Positions 37,728 to 55,039 of a DNA stretch of 64,000 nucleotides are shown here, one piece after another. A program made the translations under genes and the position numbers. The stretch is from Octopus sinensis (Eukaryota): positions 496,001 through 560,000 of the forward strand of contig NC_043011.1 in NCBI RefSeq assembly GCF_006345805.1, given 5' to 3'. Positions within the stretch are counted from its first letter, which is position 1. The number at the start of each line of letters is the position of its first letter. The notes beneath the pieces are model-generated. The model made no database searches. It saw only the letters and a list, made by a program, of their open reading frames with translations, and was not told where the DNA came from.

Positions 37728-39146
37728 ACTAGTATAGCCCGGCGTTGCCCGGGATCAAGCACTTTATTTCAAACCAAAATAAGTGACTCCGACATCAAAT
37801 TTGAGCGAAATACGTTGAAATTGGTAAACGTTTGGCTGAAAATGGGTTGCAGCCAATTTGATTGGGAAATCCCATAAGGAATCTGTTTATCGATTATTTC
37901 CACTCATCGATTGTTTCTTTTTTTTTTGGGGGGGGGGGACTTAAAGCATTCAAAGATCCCATGAGTCTTAACTAATGCTGGCATCAAGTTTGAGCAAAAT
38001 TTGTCAAATTGTGTTACAAAGGATTTGCTGGTACCTCTAGCAGCATCGAGGAACAATATTCCGCCCGCCTATTTTTCAACTGCACTGACGACAGTTTCGT
38101 ACACCAGCCCCTGATCAGGGAGCAATTTCGGTTCATTTACTCTCAGGTACTCCGCAAGGCCATCAGCGTAATACGACAACTCCAGAAGTAACTTTGGTGG
38201 GAGTGTGTTAACGTCCTGTCGCAATGAGGCTGGCAAACCGAATGTGTTCAACGCTGCACCCACCCATTTTGAGCAAGGCATCCTCGATTTCAATCAGCGC
38301 ATTGTTGTAGATCAGGTCATTGTATCCAATGTCAGCATTAGGGAACTGTTGCTTTGCCAGTCATCATTTGCCTTGACCACCGAGAAAGCAAAATTACGCA
38401 CAGAGAATTTCATAAACAGAAATGAATGGGGAAAAATTTTAGATTAAATTTTTACTAAGAAAAAAATCGGATTTTTTGCGTGGAATCAACTACCCTGGTA
38501 TCTTAATTTCACCGCCCCCCATACCAATTGATCTTTTGACCATCTATTTTTCAAGGTACGTGGAAAAATACGGAGATTAAAAATATGGAAAACATTTGTT
38601 TTTAATCGCAAATTTACCATGAAAAACTCCGGTAAATTTGTAGATAACACTCATGCGATTTTCACAAAAAAAAACCGGATTTTTTGCATGGAATCAACTA
38701 CCCTGGCCTCCTAATGTGCTACAAAACCCTTTTGTGGTCCGAGAAACGGGGTGTGGTGTGGTGGAGCCTCGGAAGTTTTACCCAATTGTATTTTGTAATT
38801 TACTGACAAATTCTTAGCTACCTCTTTGATTCTATGTTGCTAAATAAATGGATCCTCAACAAAACACTTTTTTCCTTGGCGTTAAATAAAAACAAAACTC
38901 TTTCGCTCCCAAAGTAATGCGTGTGTGAGAGAGAGGGGGGAGAAAGATGAACGATTTAAAATAAATAAATGATTTAAAATAAATATATTTTAACTGTTGT
39001 GTGAGAAAGCATATATAATCTGATTATAAGATATAGTTCCTTTCAAAAACATCTTAAATTTGAATACTATATCTCGTGTTTAAGAAAAAAGAGAACATTT
39101 TACATTTTTATTTTTGGTGATCGCTGTCACTTACCCTCTCTGTCTG

Positions 39147-39180
<34 letters not shown>

Positions 39181-39204
39181 ACATTAATACACAACTACTC
39201 ACTC

Positions 39205-39240
<36 letters not shown>

Positions 39241-39472
39241 TTTTACTTCGCTATGGCATGGAGGAACTTAACTCATGTTAGCAAACTTCAAAATTGGTAA
39301 AAGTTAAGGTTGAAAATCGATTTTTACTGCTACCCCTGGGTACCTCGGGAAAAATAATTTGACGAATAGACAGCTAGGTTCGTGACGAAGGTCCTCCTAA
39401 AATTGGAGCGACATGCATGCTAATTTGTGGACGTGCATAAATTACATTCACGTACACATCCTGCTTTTATAT

Positions 39473-39480
<8 letters not shown>
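37728..39480 (-). mobile_element. Non-autonomous Helitron, sister of 23207-25061 with a different 3' end
   Basis: ACTAGTATAGCCCGGCGTTGCCCGGG (reverse complement of hairpin + CTAG); same PIF1 fragment at 38010-38430. Confidence 0.8.
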
Positions 39481-39554
<74 letters not shown>

Positions 39555-39559
39555 GTGTG

Positions 39560-42843
<3,284 letters not shown>

Positions 42844-42849
<6 letters not shown>

Positions 42850-43508
42850 AAAATAAGACAAGGTAGAAAATGCTAAAATAATTTTTTCATGAAAACATTT
42901 TGGTACCGGTTTCAGACTTTGCGACTTTTTCAACCTTAGGATAAAGCATGAAAAGCAATTAAATTGTGGAAAAATTTAATGAAGTGTTTTTTAAAAATAT
43001 TTCCGTAGTTTTTAAATGCAAGAGACACAACAGACATTTTCTTTTTTTCTACCTGTCTGCTTCTCATTTTTACTCTTGTGAGGGCTTGGTAGCAGTAGAC
43101 GGTCTTAGCAGTCCTAAAATTTGATATGAGTTCTTGGTTTTGACTGTTTAAGCAGCAATAGCAGCTGAGGAAAAAGGCGCCTCCTTCGTCAGCTACTACT
43201 GCTGCTTAAACAATCAAAAACCAAGAACTTATATCAAATATTAGGACTGCTACTACCTCCCACCTGCTACCAAACCCTCACGGGAGTAATAAAGAGTGGA
43301 GAAGACAGACAGAAAAAAGGAAAATATCCCTTGCATTTGAAAATTATGGAAATATTTTTTAAAAACATTTCATCTAATTTTTCCACAATTTAATTGCTTT
43401 TCATGCTTTACTCCAAGTTGAAAAGGCCGCAAAGGCTGAAACCGGTACTAAAATGTTTTCATGACAAAATTATTTTAGCATTTTCTACCTTGTCTTATTT
43501 TCCTTATA
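42844..43508. mobile_element. ~660-bp palindromic element with degenerate hammerhead
   Basis: TAAGGAAAATAAGACAAGGTAGAAAA...TTTTCTACCTTGTCTTATTTTCCTTA; arms pair to a centre near 43178; TTGAAAA-GGCCGCAAAGGCT-GAAA-CCGG-TA at 43418-43447. Confidence 0.8.
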
Positions 43509-43580
43509 CATATCAACTCGTGTGTTCCTTTTCAACCTTCTACATACATACATACATATGTATATATATATATATATATA

Positions 43581-43809
<229 letters not shown>

Positions 43810-43814
43810 CATTA

Positions 43815-44010
43815 TATGTGTGTGTCCGTGTTTGTCCCCCACCATCTCTCGACAACCGACGTTGGTGTGTTTATGCCCCGAAGCTTAGCGGTTCGGTAAA
43901 AGAGACCGATAAAATAAGTACTAGGCTTACAAACAATAAGTTCTGGGATTGACTTGTTGTAATAAAGGCAGGGCTCCAGCATGGCCGCAGTCAAATGACT
44001 GAAATGTGGA
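43815..44010 (+). mobile_element. SINE family B, 3' half
   Basis: CTTAGCGGTTCGG..AGAGACCGAT..CTCCAGCATGGCCGCAGTCAAATGACTGAAA. Confidence 0.8.
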
Positions 44011-44194
44011 AATATTAAAAAAAAAAATAAATATAAATTAATAATTTTAAATTTAAATAATTTAAATTTTAAATTTAATATTTTGAAAATTATATTAATT
44101 ATTTCTATTTTTATATTTTGGTTTATGTTTTTCACTGTTTGAGTTGCCTAATAGTGGTTTTATCTCTAATTTATATATATATATATATATATCA

Positions 44195-44473
44195 CCGTGA
44201 TCACCGTGACCGACCAGGCTACACATCGCTGGTCACAATGCGCTTCGCATTGTTTTAGCCTTCAAATGACGCCGCTCCGCTGGCTAAGCGAGCAGGCCAA
44301 CAGAAGAAAGTGTGAGAGAAAGTTGTGGCGAAAGAGTACAGCAGGTATCGCCACCACTCCTTGCTGGAGCCTCGTGGAGCTTTTAGGTGTTTTCGCTCAA
44401 ACACTCACAACGCCCGGTCTGAGAATCGAAACCGCGAGTCCGCTGCCCTAACCACTGGGCCATTGTGCCTCCA
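44195..44473 (-). mobile_element. SINE family A variant (different 3' part)
   Basis: Reverse complement GGAGGCACAATGGCCCAGTGGTTAGGGCAGCGGACTCGCGG...; downstream half differs from the 58283 copy. Confidence 0.75.
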
Positions 44474-45315
44474 CACACACACACACATATATATATAAAT
44501 ACATATATATATATACATATGTATATATATATATATACATATTATTATACTCACTACAGAAGTACGTTGTGCTGGAGTCGATGAAAGCTAGCCCACAGAA
44601 TATTTTAAAAAGGTCGTTATTTCTATATTGAATCAATTTCGGAATTAATCTCATAATGGATTTTTCCTCTTCAATAGAAAATACGAATAGAAATAAATGA
44701 AATACTTACATGCGTCCATGGAAAAAAAGCCGAAGCAAAAGTCATGTGTACCCCAGATATATCTAAATATAAAATCCTTTCGTTAGCCTCAGCACACGTG
44801 TGAACTGTTCTCCACCACAGCTTATAGTGGTTACCAGTCCCTATAGCGAATAGTAATAAATCTACTAGTAATATAGGATGAAGTTTTTTTACAGAAAAAA
44901 ATTCATCAAAAAGTGGCAGCATATTAAAATACCTTTAAAGGTTAAAATTATAAACACCTTATAAACAAGGGCAAAAGAAAATTATTTTTATGCCAATTTG
45001 CCAATATTCTGTAGTGAGTATAATAATATGTGGAAATTGACGATTTAAAAGTCTGTTATCAGCATATTGGCATAGAAATAATTTTCTAGAACAAGTATGT
45101 CTTGTACTCTGTTTATTCGTTGTTAAAAAAAGTCCGTTTCCTTGTTTTGCTTTTATGTTTTCGTTTCTCGTTGTGTTCTACGTTTTTTGTGGTGTCCTGT
45201 ACCCATATATGCATGTATATATACATATAGATGTAGGTGGATGTATGTATGCATATGTTTTATTTATTAAATTGTTATTATATGACTGAACGCCACGCGT
45301 CTTCTGACAAGTAAG

Positions 45316-45378
<63 letters not shown>

Positions 45379-45557
45379 ACAAATGACCGAAATAGTTTGA
45401 TGAAATTTTATTTAACAGTAAGAAAATTCTAATTTCATGAAATATTATTTCATAACTTAGAAATATGTAAATAATATATTATTATATTTAATAATAAATA
45501 AATTACCTACATGCTTGCATTAATGCAAAATGCAAAAAATCCTTCAAAATACATACA

Positions 45558-45736
45558 TAGGCGCAGGAGTGGCTGTGTGGTAAGTAGCTTGCTAACCAAT
45601 CACATGGTTCCAGGTTCAGTCCCACTGCGGGGCACCTTGGCCAAGTGTCTTCTACTATAACCTCGATCCGACCAAAGCCTTGTGGGTGGATTTGGTAGAC
45701 GGAAACTGAAAGAAGCCCGTCGTATATATGTATATA

Positions 45737-45780
<44 letters not shown>

Positions 45781-46005
45781 GCATACATATATATATATTC
45801 ATAAACATATATATATATATGTGTGTGTGTGTTCGATGCTGGTGTGTATACGTCCCCGTAACTTAGCGGTTCGGCATAAGAGACCGATAGAATAAGTACT
45901 AGGCTTACAAAGAATAAGTCCTGGGATTGATTTGCTTCTCGACTAAAGGCGGTGTTCCAGCATGGCCGCAATCAAAATGACTGAAACGAATAAAAAAATA
46001 AAAGA
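45558..46005 (+). mobile_element. SINE family B, full length
   Basis: TAGGCGCAGGAGTGGCTGTGTGGTAAG...CAGCATGGCCGCAATC. Confidence 0.9.
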
Positions 46006-46064
46006 ATATATGTTAGTAGAAAGCTCCGTGATGATAGTAACATCGATCATCAAAGCAGTTTACC

Positions 46065-46965
46065 ATGCATTATTACCTTCCACTTTGAAAGGTATGTGTT
46101 TACAATCCAGGAAGAGGAAATATCAAGTACCTGATGCACAAAAGGGACAGAGATGTGGGAAAAGCTGTAAAAGGTGACAACCAATACAGACTTTGTGGAG
46201 TTCACACTGAAGATCTCACCCACATCATAAGCAGTTATCTGAAAATGTCATCACGGTATTATCTACCGATAAGATATGACATTGTAGCTAGGACACTCTA
46301 TAAGGAAATCCGTCGGAAGGATAATCCTGAGGACAAAGAAATAAAAACCCACAATGTGGTAGAAGCCATAGCCACTCATAATAAAAAGGAATACTGGTGG
46401 AATGTTCCAGTGAAGACCTAAATAAAATGTAAGTACAACAGACCTCATAGTATGATTTGGGATAGAGAAGAGAAACTGTGCACAGTTGTGGAAATTAGCT
46501 GCCCAGCGGATGTTAACATAAAGCTGAAGATCAGTGAAAAAGAGAATTCCTATGCTGAACTATTGAGAAATCTGCAGTTACTCTATCCAGATTACAAGTT
46601 CAGGTTTATATCTGTAATTACTGGGGCCCTGGTGTATGTAACATACTATCTAAATACCAATCTTGAGAAATTAGGCTTCTCAAAACCAGAAAGGAGAAAG
46701 CTAATCGAAGACTACAGATCCAATCCATCACTGGAATTGTAAAAACCTGTAAAACTTTCCAGAAGTTTATCATTTAAAAATATATGAGCATGTCTACATA
46801 TGCAACTATATGTATGAGGATACATACATAAAACATACATACATACGTATATACAAGCAAAAATACCCTGTTGTTGATGTTGAAATTCCAGTGAAGGAGC
46901 CTTGAGTCTAGGTTAGAAACAGGTTCTTTCTCTATTGGCAAGAAATCTTGAAATAAACTGAATAA
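46065..46965 (+). mobile_element. R4/Dong-like LINE 3' fragment (restriction-like endonuclease)
   Basis: RLCGVHTEDLTHIISS..RYDIVA..YWWNVPV..NRP..IWDREEKLCTVVEISCP..EKENSYAEL..ITGAL (CCHC + PD-(D/E)XK pattern). Confidence 0.8.
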
Positions 46966-47074
46966 CACATACATACATACATACATACATATATACATAC
47001 ATACATACATACATACATACATACATACATACATACATACATACATACATACAAGCAGTCTTCTTGCGATGATG

Positions 47075-47293
47075 GGACCCCAATTGTCTTTTCTCTGTTG
47101 GCAGGGGAAAACTATACCTGACAGGTGGAAACACTTCAATATTGTCACAGTCTACAAGCGCAAGGGAGATCGTGCAGAGTGCAGCAACAGCAGAGGAATG
47201 TCTTTTGTGGATAACGCCGAGTAAGACCCTCTCACGTATCTTCCGACGTCTTCTACTCCATGTCGTCAACCTGGTTATGCGTGAGTCTCAGGG
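47075..47293 (+). mobile_element. RTE LINE RT N-terminal fragment
   Basis: CWQGKTIPDRWKHFNIVTVYKRKGDRAECSNSRGMS..KTLSRI..RESQ. Confidence 0.75.
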
Positions 47294-47304
47294 TAGTATG
47301 TTTT

Positions 47305-47600
47305 TATTGTTTACTTGTTTCAGTCATTAAACTGCGGCCATGCCGGGCACCACCTTGAAGAATTGTTAGTCGAATGAATAAATCCCAGTATAATTTTTAA
47401 ACCTGGTACTTGCACACCAACACCGGTTGTCAAGCAGTGGTGAAGGACAAACACACAAACACAGACACCTCTCCCCCCCCACACACGACGGTTTTTTTTC
47501 AGTTTCCGTCTACCAAATCCACTCACAAGGGTCTGGTCGGCTCGAGGCTATAGTAGAAGATACATGCCGAAGATACCACACAGTGGGACTGAAACCTGAA
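47305..47600 (-). mobile_element. SINE family B, degenerate
   Basis: GTTTCAGTCATT..GCGGCCATGC..TTTCCGTCTACCAAATCCACTCACAAG. Confidence 0.75.
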
Positions 47601-49183
47601 CAGTTGGGTTTTGTATAGTATAAGCATTTCGTATACATATTAATGCGACCGATAAATTGCTTCGAATGACAGACCAGTCCATCTGATGTTGGTAGCATGT
47701 CCCTGTTATTCAACGAATTGCACAGATTTCGTTTCCTATTATGGCCGATTATTTTTGAAACTACGTTATATCGGATATTTGAAATTCTGATGTGATGTTA
47801 CTCGAACTTTAAAAGAGATATTGAAGCTTTTGCTGCTAAAAGAGTCTGAGTGGAGCAACACAATTTGCTATATTTGATCTATTCCCTTTCAATATGTTAG
47901 GTTTCAAAGTATGAAAACTAATTTGTCATTATGCGTAAAGAACTGGGACATCTACTGCTAATAATAATTTGTACTAGGTTCCCGATCACTTTTGGAGTTG
48001 GGTAGATAATTACAACTTTCAAATTATGATTTTGTCTAAAAGAGTCAGTGACTGCAAGTAAAACACTGTCATAGAAAAAGCTTTGGAGGGATAACAGAAA
48101 GAATTGATTGGGTCATAATCAAACCTGTAGTTATGCCAGAGTTGATAAAGCGTGAGTCAGAGTTGAAAGAGTGAGTGAGTGAAAGAGAGAGAGGGAGAGA
48201 GAGAGAGAAGGAAAGAAATAGGGAGGGAGAGAGAATTTCTTCATCATATGTTGTAGTGGTGTGATCTTATATGAAACTTTCGGTCGAGACATACAATTCA
48301 GCTAAGAGATTTGCATGTCAAGCACAATCGGATGCACTGCTGATGTTAAGAGCAACAATAGCTCTTTTGCCATACTTCTCAAGAGCGAGGTCCCACTGGC
48401 GAGTGACATATGAATGCAGTCATCTAGAAGATCTGGCTTCACTGTAGCTGTACTGGTTTTCATTCATAAAGGTGAGGGTTCAAGGAGTTTGTGAAGGTGT
48501 TTTGTGAATGAAATTTTACGAGAAAAATATAAATCGATACTTCTCAAAGTCAGTATGGCCGAGTAAATCTTAAAAGCGAAGCTCAGGTACAGCCGCAGTC
48601 AAATGGGTGAAGCCAGTGGAAGAATAACAAGATATGCGTAGAGAGATTGCAGCTACATGGCAGAACCGGTATTTATAACTAAGAGTCATGATGCATCAGC
48701 ATATGTCCATATCATTGTATGTTGCCAGAAAATAATTTCGCATTGATGGAGATATACCGAAATTTCCTTGAGATAATGAGAACACGGCTATTCAGCATTC
48801 TCGCAACAAAACTCAAAGTCAGAACAGTTGGTATGAATGGCACAGTCATCAATATTACAATGAGAAAACTTATGTTTGAGACACAAAATGAAACTGCTTT
48901 GTCTGATGCAAAAATGAAAACTGCATCAAATTCTATAATCCAGCGAATTTTTCAGCAATAAATCAAGACTACAGCAATATTGGTGGTGCTGACACAGTAT
49001 AACCACATCTACAAGTTCACATTAACGAGCGAAGTGCAAGAATACATATATGCGAACAGAGATCGATAGATAGATAAATCAACAGATGTATGGATATATA
49101 TTTAAAAAGATACCTACATATAGGTTATCCGTATTTTCAAGCGTGTGATTATTTCAGCACATACCAATATGAATTAGATACTA

Positions 49184-49726
49184 TTGGGTCGTCCGGAAAG
49201 TTCGTACCGATTTATAGTAGCTTACCTTTCAACTTATTTTAGAACATGGCTGAGTCCATAAAATAGGATTTGACTACACCTCCATTTAGAGCACAGTTTA
49301 AGCTACCTTTTCGTGGAAGAAGGTTTATGTTCCTATAACCTGTGTTAATTCTGTAACCCTTTAAAATGGAAAGTAAGAAAGTTCATTTTCACTTGATGCT
49401 TTGTGAACCAGACAAAAATTGCTGCAGCTCGGCTGGGATGTGTTACCCCCAACCTCCATACTCACCAGATATTGGTCTCTGCAGAATAGTCTTAATGGTA
49501 AAAATTTCAATTCCTTGGATGACGTAAAAAGACACATTGATGAATTGTTTGCTATTGTTTCTCAATTCTGGGAAGAGGGTATTTTCAAGCTAAAGGAAAG
49601 ATGGAGATGCATTGTGCAACAAAATGGTTCATATTTGGTTGATTAAAAATGTAATGGCATGTATTTATTGACCTTTAAAAATTTATTGACCTTTAAAAAT
49701 CGGCACGAACTTTCCGGACAACCCAA
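49184..49726 (+). mobile_element. Internally deleted mariner element
   Basis: TIRs TTGGGTCGTCCGGAAAGTTCGTACCGATTT / AAATCGGCACGAACTTTCCGGACAACCCAA with TA duplication; LGWDVLP..SLQNSLNGKNF..FWEEGIFKLKERW..QNGSY transposase C-terminus. Confidence 0.92.
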
Positions 49727-50137
49727 TAGATATGAAACCGGTCTAATAAACATTCATAAATACTCATGCACGAACAAGTATGAATGTGCGTGTATGTATG
49801 TAGCACCCTGCGTCACTTTAGTGACGAATATACTTATGTGTGGGCTACCTCATATCGAATTGATATGGCACATCACATCAGCCTGTTACATATATATGTA
49901 TATGTGTGTGTGTGTGTGTGTGCGTGCGTCTGCGTGTATGCATATATATGTGTACATATGTATGTCTGCACAAGCGTATGCATGTACCTGTGTGTGTGTG
50001 CGTCTGCGTGCATGCATATATATGTGTATATCTGCACAGGCGTATGCATGTACCTATATGTGTGTGTGTTTGTGTTTATGCATGTATGTGTGCGTATATC
50101 TATATTAACTGTACGTACACATGCACGCATGCATATC

Positions 50138-50228
50138 TTTTGATAATATAGTTAAGGGTATCTCCATTCGAATATCTGACATCTCATCCACTGGAGAAAT
50201 ATTCGATAACCACGCTCCATATTACAAC
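50138..50228 (+). mobile_element. Short fragment of the PLE RT/thumb region
   Basis: [17 protein letters not shown] matches 57735-57785. Confidence 0.7.
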
Positions 50229-50485
50229 AGGCACCAAAATTCTACATTGAGAGAAGAAAGAGATGGACGCTTCAATTCTATGCTGTTGCCGCATTGTGTC
50301 GTACGCGAATGAGAGGATTTGCATCCCCAACCAAGAATATTTGATGTAACACATGTCCTTGTGGAAGCTGTTGTGCGCGGCTGAAGAAGGCCACAGACAT
50401 ACATTATGCATTGTTATAAATCTGTCTAATAAAGGCCCGAAACATATGTACCGCTGAATCCTTGGCATCATGTTTTTATTTTGAT

Positions 50486-50615
<130 letters not shown>

Positions 50616-51199
50616 CGGGCTTCTTTCAGTTTCCGTCTATAAAATCCACTCACGAGGCTTTGGTCGGCCCGAGTATATCGTAGAAGACATTCTTTAAAGT
50701 ATAGAGTTGAATTTCGTGTAGCCACCTGTTGGCAACTTTTCTCACCCACCCATTTTGTTGGGGTATCACCCATTTTCTGGGCTCTTTTCACAGCTATACC
50801 CCGTTCGAAATTTGCATTAGTTTTCTTATGAAAAAAAAAAGGAGGAGAGTGGGGCTGCTATGTAGTTTGCAGAGGTAACGTTAAACGTGCCTGAAAACAA
50901 AACATGGTCTTCCCCCAACTAAAGACATGAAGAACTATGAAACATGGCGAATAAGTACCAGGAGTGGAGGAAAGGAAAGAGAACTAACAGTCGATCGTTC
51001 TATAACTTCCGGAATGAAAACACCTGTAAGACTTCCCCTCTATTCATTACTAAATGTCTTTCCTTCTGCTTCATTGTTAAAAATAAAGAAGCTAGAAAAG
51101 ACCGATCGTATTTCAGTCTAATTGTCATTTCAAATGACTGAGGCATTCCTTTCTCTGTCGCCATCGCCTAATTCCTTTTCTCTACAGATGAGAGTGAAG

Positions 51200-51960
51200 G
51201 TGCGTGGCTGATCGTAAAGTCATGAGTACGATTCTCAGCGGCGCAAGGTATAATACTTGAGCAAGGTATAATATTTCACCTTGCTGCAGTCTACTCAGCT
51301 GGCAAAAATGAGTTGTAGCTGAAATTCAGAGAGGCCATCCTTGTCACATTGTATGAGGCTGAATCTCCCTGAGAACTACGTTATGGTATACATTTCTGTG
51401 GTGTACTCAGCCACTTGAGTGTTAATTTTACGAGCAAACTGTTCCGTTGGTAAGATAAACAGGAACCTCGTCATCATAGCCAACAGAGTGCCATTTTTGA
51501 AAAAGAGTGTAAGAAAAGGAATTGTTCTATATCGTGAGGTAAAGATGTCATGTGTTTAGTATAAGCAGTGAAAACTAAGACGAAATAATTGCTATTCCGT
51601 CGTGTATTCGCCCTCGACTTACGCTCAGTCTGATAACAACAGCCTGCGCATCGGTGTTTATCTGGGGGCTTGGCCTCCAGATCTGTGAGACACGCAAAGC
51701 TGCTGTTAGGACTGGATTAGCACCCATAGTGACCCTAACAATTAAAAAGATTTTCCTACCCCGATATAGGATCTTTTTTTCGTTTTCTTCCAACCACTTG
51801 AAGGTTTATATTGCTCCAGTTCATTCAGCTGGCCAAAATGGGATGCAGCTGTAATTGAAAGGGGTCAGCCTTGTATTCTGTGTGAGACTGAATCTCTCAG
51901 AGAACAACGTTAATGGAGTGCATGTCTGTGGAGTACTCAGCCCTTGCGAGTTAATTTTAT
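51200..51960 (+). mobile_element. Two degenerate copies of an old SINE-like repeat (51270-51495; 51810-51960)
   Basis: Shared TTGCT.CAGT..A.TCAGCTGGC.AAAATG..CCTTGT..GAGAAC.ACGTTA..TGTGG.GTACTCAGCC. Confidence 0.6.
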
Positions 51961-53092
51961 CTTCGTGTGGTAATGAAAAGTGACATTCAATATTTGCTGT
52001 AGCTATTTTGTCTATGATTTAACAATGTGTCTACGTATCTATTATGTATCAACTTTTCTTTCGATCTATGTATCCAGTCTCTCTCCCTTTCTCTCTTTCT
52101 CTCTCCCTTTCTCTCTTTCTCTCTCACGTTCTCTGTTTCCCTCCTCTCTCCTGTTTTAAGTTTTACAATGCATGTATGTATCTACTTTTCTTTCGATCTA
52201 TGTATCTACTTTTCTTTTGGTGTATGTATCTACTTTTCTTTCGATGTATGCATCAGTCTACTCAGAAAATACTGATAAATAAACATTTTACCTCTCCCTT
52301 CAACTGTAGAAAAGTAACAGTAACATCCACAGTTATTTGCTGAGAGATAGACACAAGGATAGAGAAAGTGTATGTGAGAGAGAGAGAGAGAGGCAGATAG
52401 AATAACTGACAAACAGATAGACAGATATGTAAATAGATAGGCAACATTTCTTCTTGTAATTTCCATATTTTCAATAGCTTTATCATATATCGTCGGAAAC
52501 GAAGTTGTCCAGAGTTTTCTGTATGAGAATAGTTCCATTGTCTTTCACTGTTATTCTTTATCCACTCCCTTCCTTCTCTCAATCTATCTCTCTAAATATC
52601 TCTCATTTCCCTTCCTTCCCTTCTCCCTCCTCTATGTTTCCTTGCCTCTAACTGTCCTCCTGCGTTTAACGCGTTATATTTCTCTTACTTCTTAGCGCTA
52701 TCAATCTACCCACTTTCTCTCTCTCTATCACTCCCGCTTACTTCCTCTTCTTTGTAACTTTGCCTCTTACTTCAACTATACTTCCTATGTTTCTGTCTCT
52801 CCCCTCTCTCCCGATTTGCCATTCACTTCAACTATACCTCCCCTGCTTAACACCTTTTATTTCTCTTTTCTTTTTACATCGCTCCCTTCAAACTCTTTAC
52901 CTCTCCCTTTGTAATAAGTGTGAAACACACAAGTACGTACAGAAACAAAAATAATATGTATTAATGTTATTGATAAATGAATATTTCATTCTCTTATTAA
53001 ATATAAACTTACCTTATTTATACTTAACTTTCCTCTATCCTTTATTTATTGTTCTAATTTTATTTACCCATTCTACTTTACCTCTAATCAAC

Positions 53093-53491
53093 CTATTTCT
53101 TTATTACCCACAAGAGGCTAAAGATAGATGGGACAAACAAGGACAGACATAGGTATTAAGTCGATTACATCGACCCCAGTGCGTAACTGGTACTTAATTG
53201 AAAGGCAAAGTCGACCTCGGCGGAATTTGAACTCAGAACGTAGCGGCAGACGAAATACCTATTTCTTTATTACCCACAAGGGGCTAAACACAGATGTGAC
53301 AAACAAGGACAGACATAGGTATTAAGTCGATTACATCGACCCCAGTTCGTAACTGGTACTTAATTTATCGACCCCGAAAGGATGAAAGGCAAAGTCGACA
53401 TCGGCGGAATTTGAACTCAGAACGTAGCGGCAGACGAAATACCGCTAAGCATTTCGCCTGGCGTGCTAACGTTTCTGCCAGTTCACCGCCT
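53093..53491 (-). mobile_element. SINE family C with tandemly duplicated 3' portion
   Basis: 53093-53258 and 53258-53440 repeat CTATTTCTTTATTACCCACAAG..GGCAGACGAAATACC. Confidence 0.88.
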
Positions 53492-53755
53492 TTTATCTCT
53501 AATCAACCTGTAAACACTTCACCCAAGCATATAACAATACAAATCATAAACCATAACATTAAGTCTGCTAAAATGAATTCAAAAGCACACATATAACATC
53601 CAAATGTACACCTTTTTTCTTTGATGATATTGTGCTCATGTCACAATTTCAGCATTAACTGAAACGTCTGTGAGTGAAGATGAACAATTTGCTGTTAATA
53701 ATAAGCAATTATTAATTTAGCAATCTCCATTTTCTTTTCTTCTTTTAAATGCATA

Positions 53756-53920
53756 TAGGCGCAGGAGTGGCTGTGTAGTAAGTAGCTTGCTTACCAACCA
53801 CATAGCTCCGAGTTCAGTCCCACTGCGAGGCACTTTGGGCAAGTGTCTTCTACTATAGTATCGGGATGACCAAAGCTTTGTGAGTGGATATGGTGGGCGG
53901 AAACTGAAAGAAGCCCATCG

Positions 53921-53980
<60 letters not shown>

Positions 53981-54174
53981 TTTGTGTGTCTGTGTTTGCA
54001 CCCCCAACCTCGCATGGCAACCGGTGTGCCACGTCCCCGTAACTTAGTGGTTCGGCAAACGAAACCGATAGAATAAGTACTAGGCTTACAAAGAATAAGT
54101 CCTGGGTAAATGTGTTCGACTAAAGGTTGTGCTCCAGCATGGCCGCAGTTAGATGTCTGAAACAAATAAAAGAA
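53756..54174 (+). mobile_element. SINE family B, full length
   Basis: Same family as 45558-46005. Confidence 0.9.
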
Positions 54175-54199
54175 TATGTGTTTGTATATATATATATAT

Positions 54200-54855
54200 A
54201 CATTATATCAAAAATTATATACTTAATTATAAAAAGGGATCAGAAACCAAGCTTCTCCACGCACTGAAAATAGGCCCCAAATTATTCTAAAACTACCTTA
54301 TAAACTCCAAAGATACAGGTTGTAGGCGAGCAAAAGAAGGGTAATAAAGAAAACTTTTGCTAAATCGTGTATTAGCTTAAAGTAATCAATACTGCTATCA
54401 TCAACGCAGATATTCCGGAGTAAAAATGTATCTACACATTCCTACACGAACAGCGACGTCGCATAGTAAAAAGTATATATATATTTGGGGTGCTTAGATC
54501 TGCTCATGACTTAGTGCTTGCTTCTTTCATGGGTATGAGTAAGTATTCCATTTATGTCTTACTTATTTATCGCTGATGAGGAGAAAATTCTTATGAATTA
54601 ACTCTGAAATTGGGACCGATACGGTAATAATGGAATTTTTTAGAAATTTCTGTCGGCTTGCTTCAAGACACGTATTTATAGTGATAAATCATATGGTTAT
54701 TGACAATTTGCCTTTTTTCGGCATATTTGGCATTAGAATTTTTTCTTTTGCCCTTGTTTATAAATTGTTTATAAATTTAACCATTGAAGGTATTTTTTAA
54801 TATGCTGGGCATTGATAAAATTTTTTTCGAAAGATTTTATCCTATATTAGATGTA
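54200..54855 (+). mobile_element. PLE-type terminal-repeat remnant with degenerate hammerhead
   Basis: TATCG-CTGATGA-GGAG..CTCT-GAAA-..-CGATA at 54568-54621; 54720-54850 related (inverted) to 44860-45005. Confidence 0.55.
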
Positions 54856-54916
<61 letters not shown>

Positions 54917-55039
54917 CTTTATATATATATATACATGTAATGGAGAAATTATAAAAAATGTATAAGGGGGTGATAAGTAAAGCACCAGCACAGTTTCGAT
55001 TACCTGTTATTATCCGTAGATTGCAGGAACTTCATAGTG

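Noticed and set aside
48719-48961. 80-aa ORF in unique-looking DNA
   Set aside because: No recognisable motif or splice context; length compatible with chance
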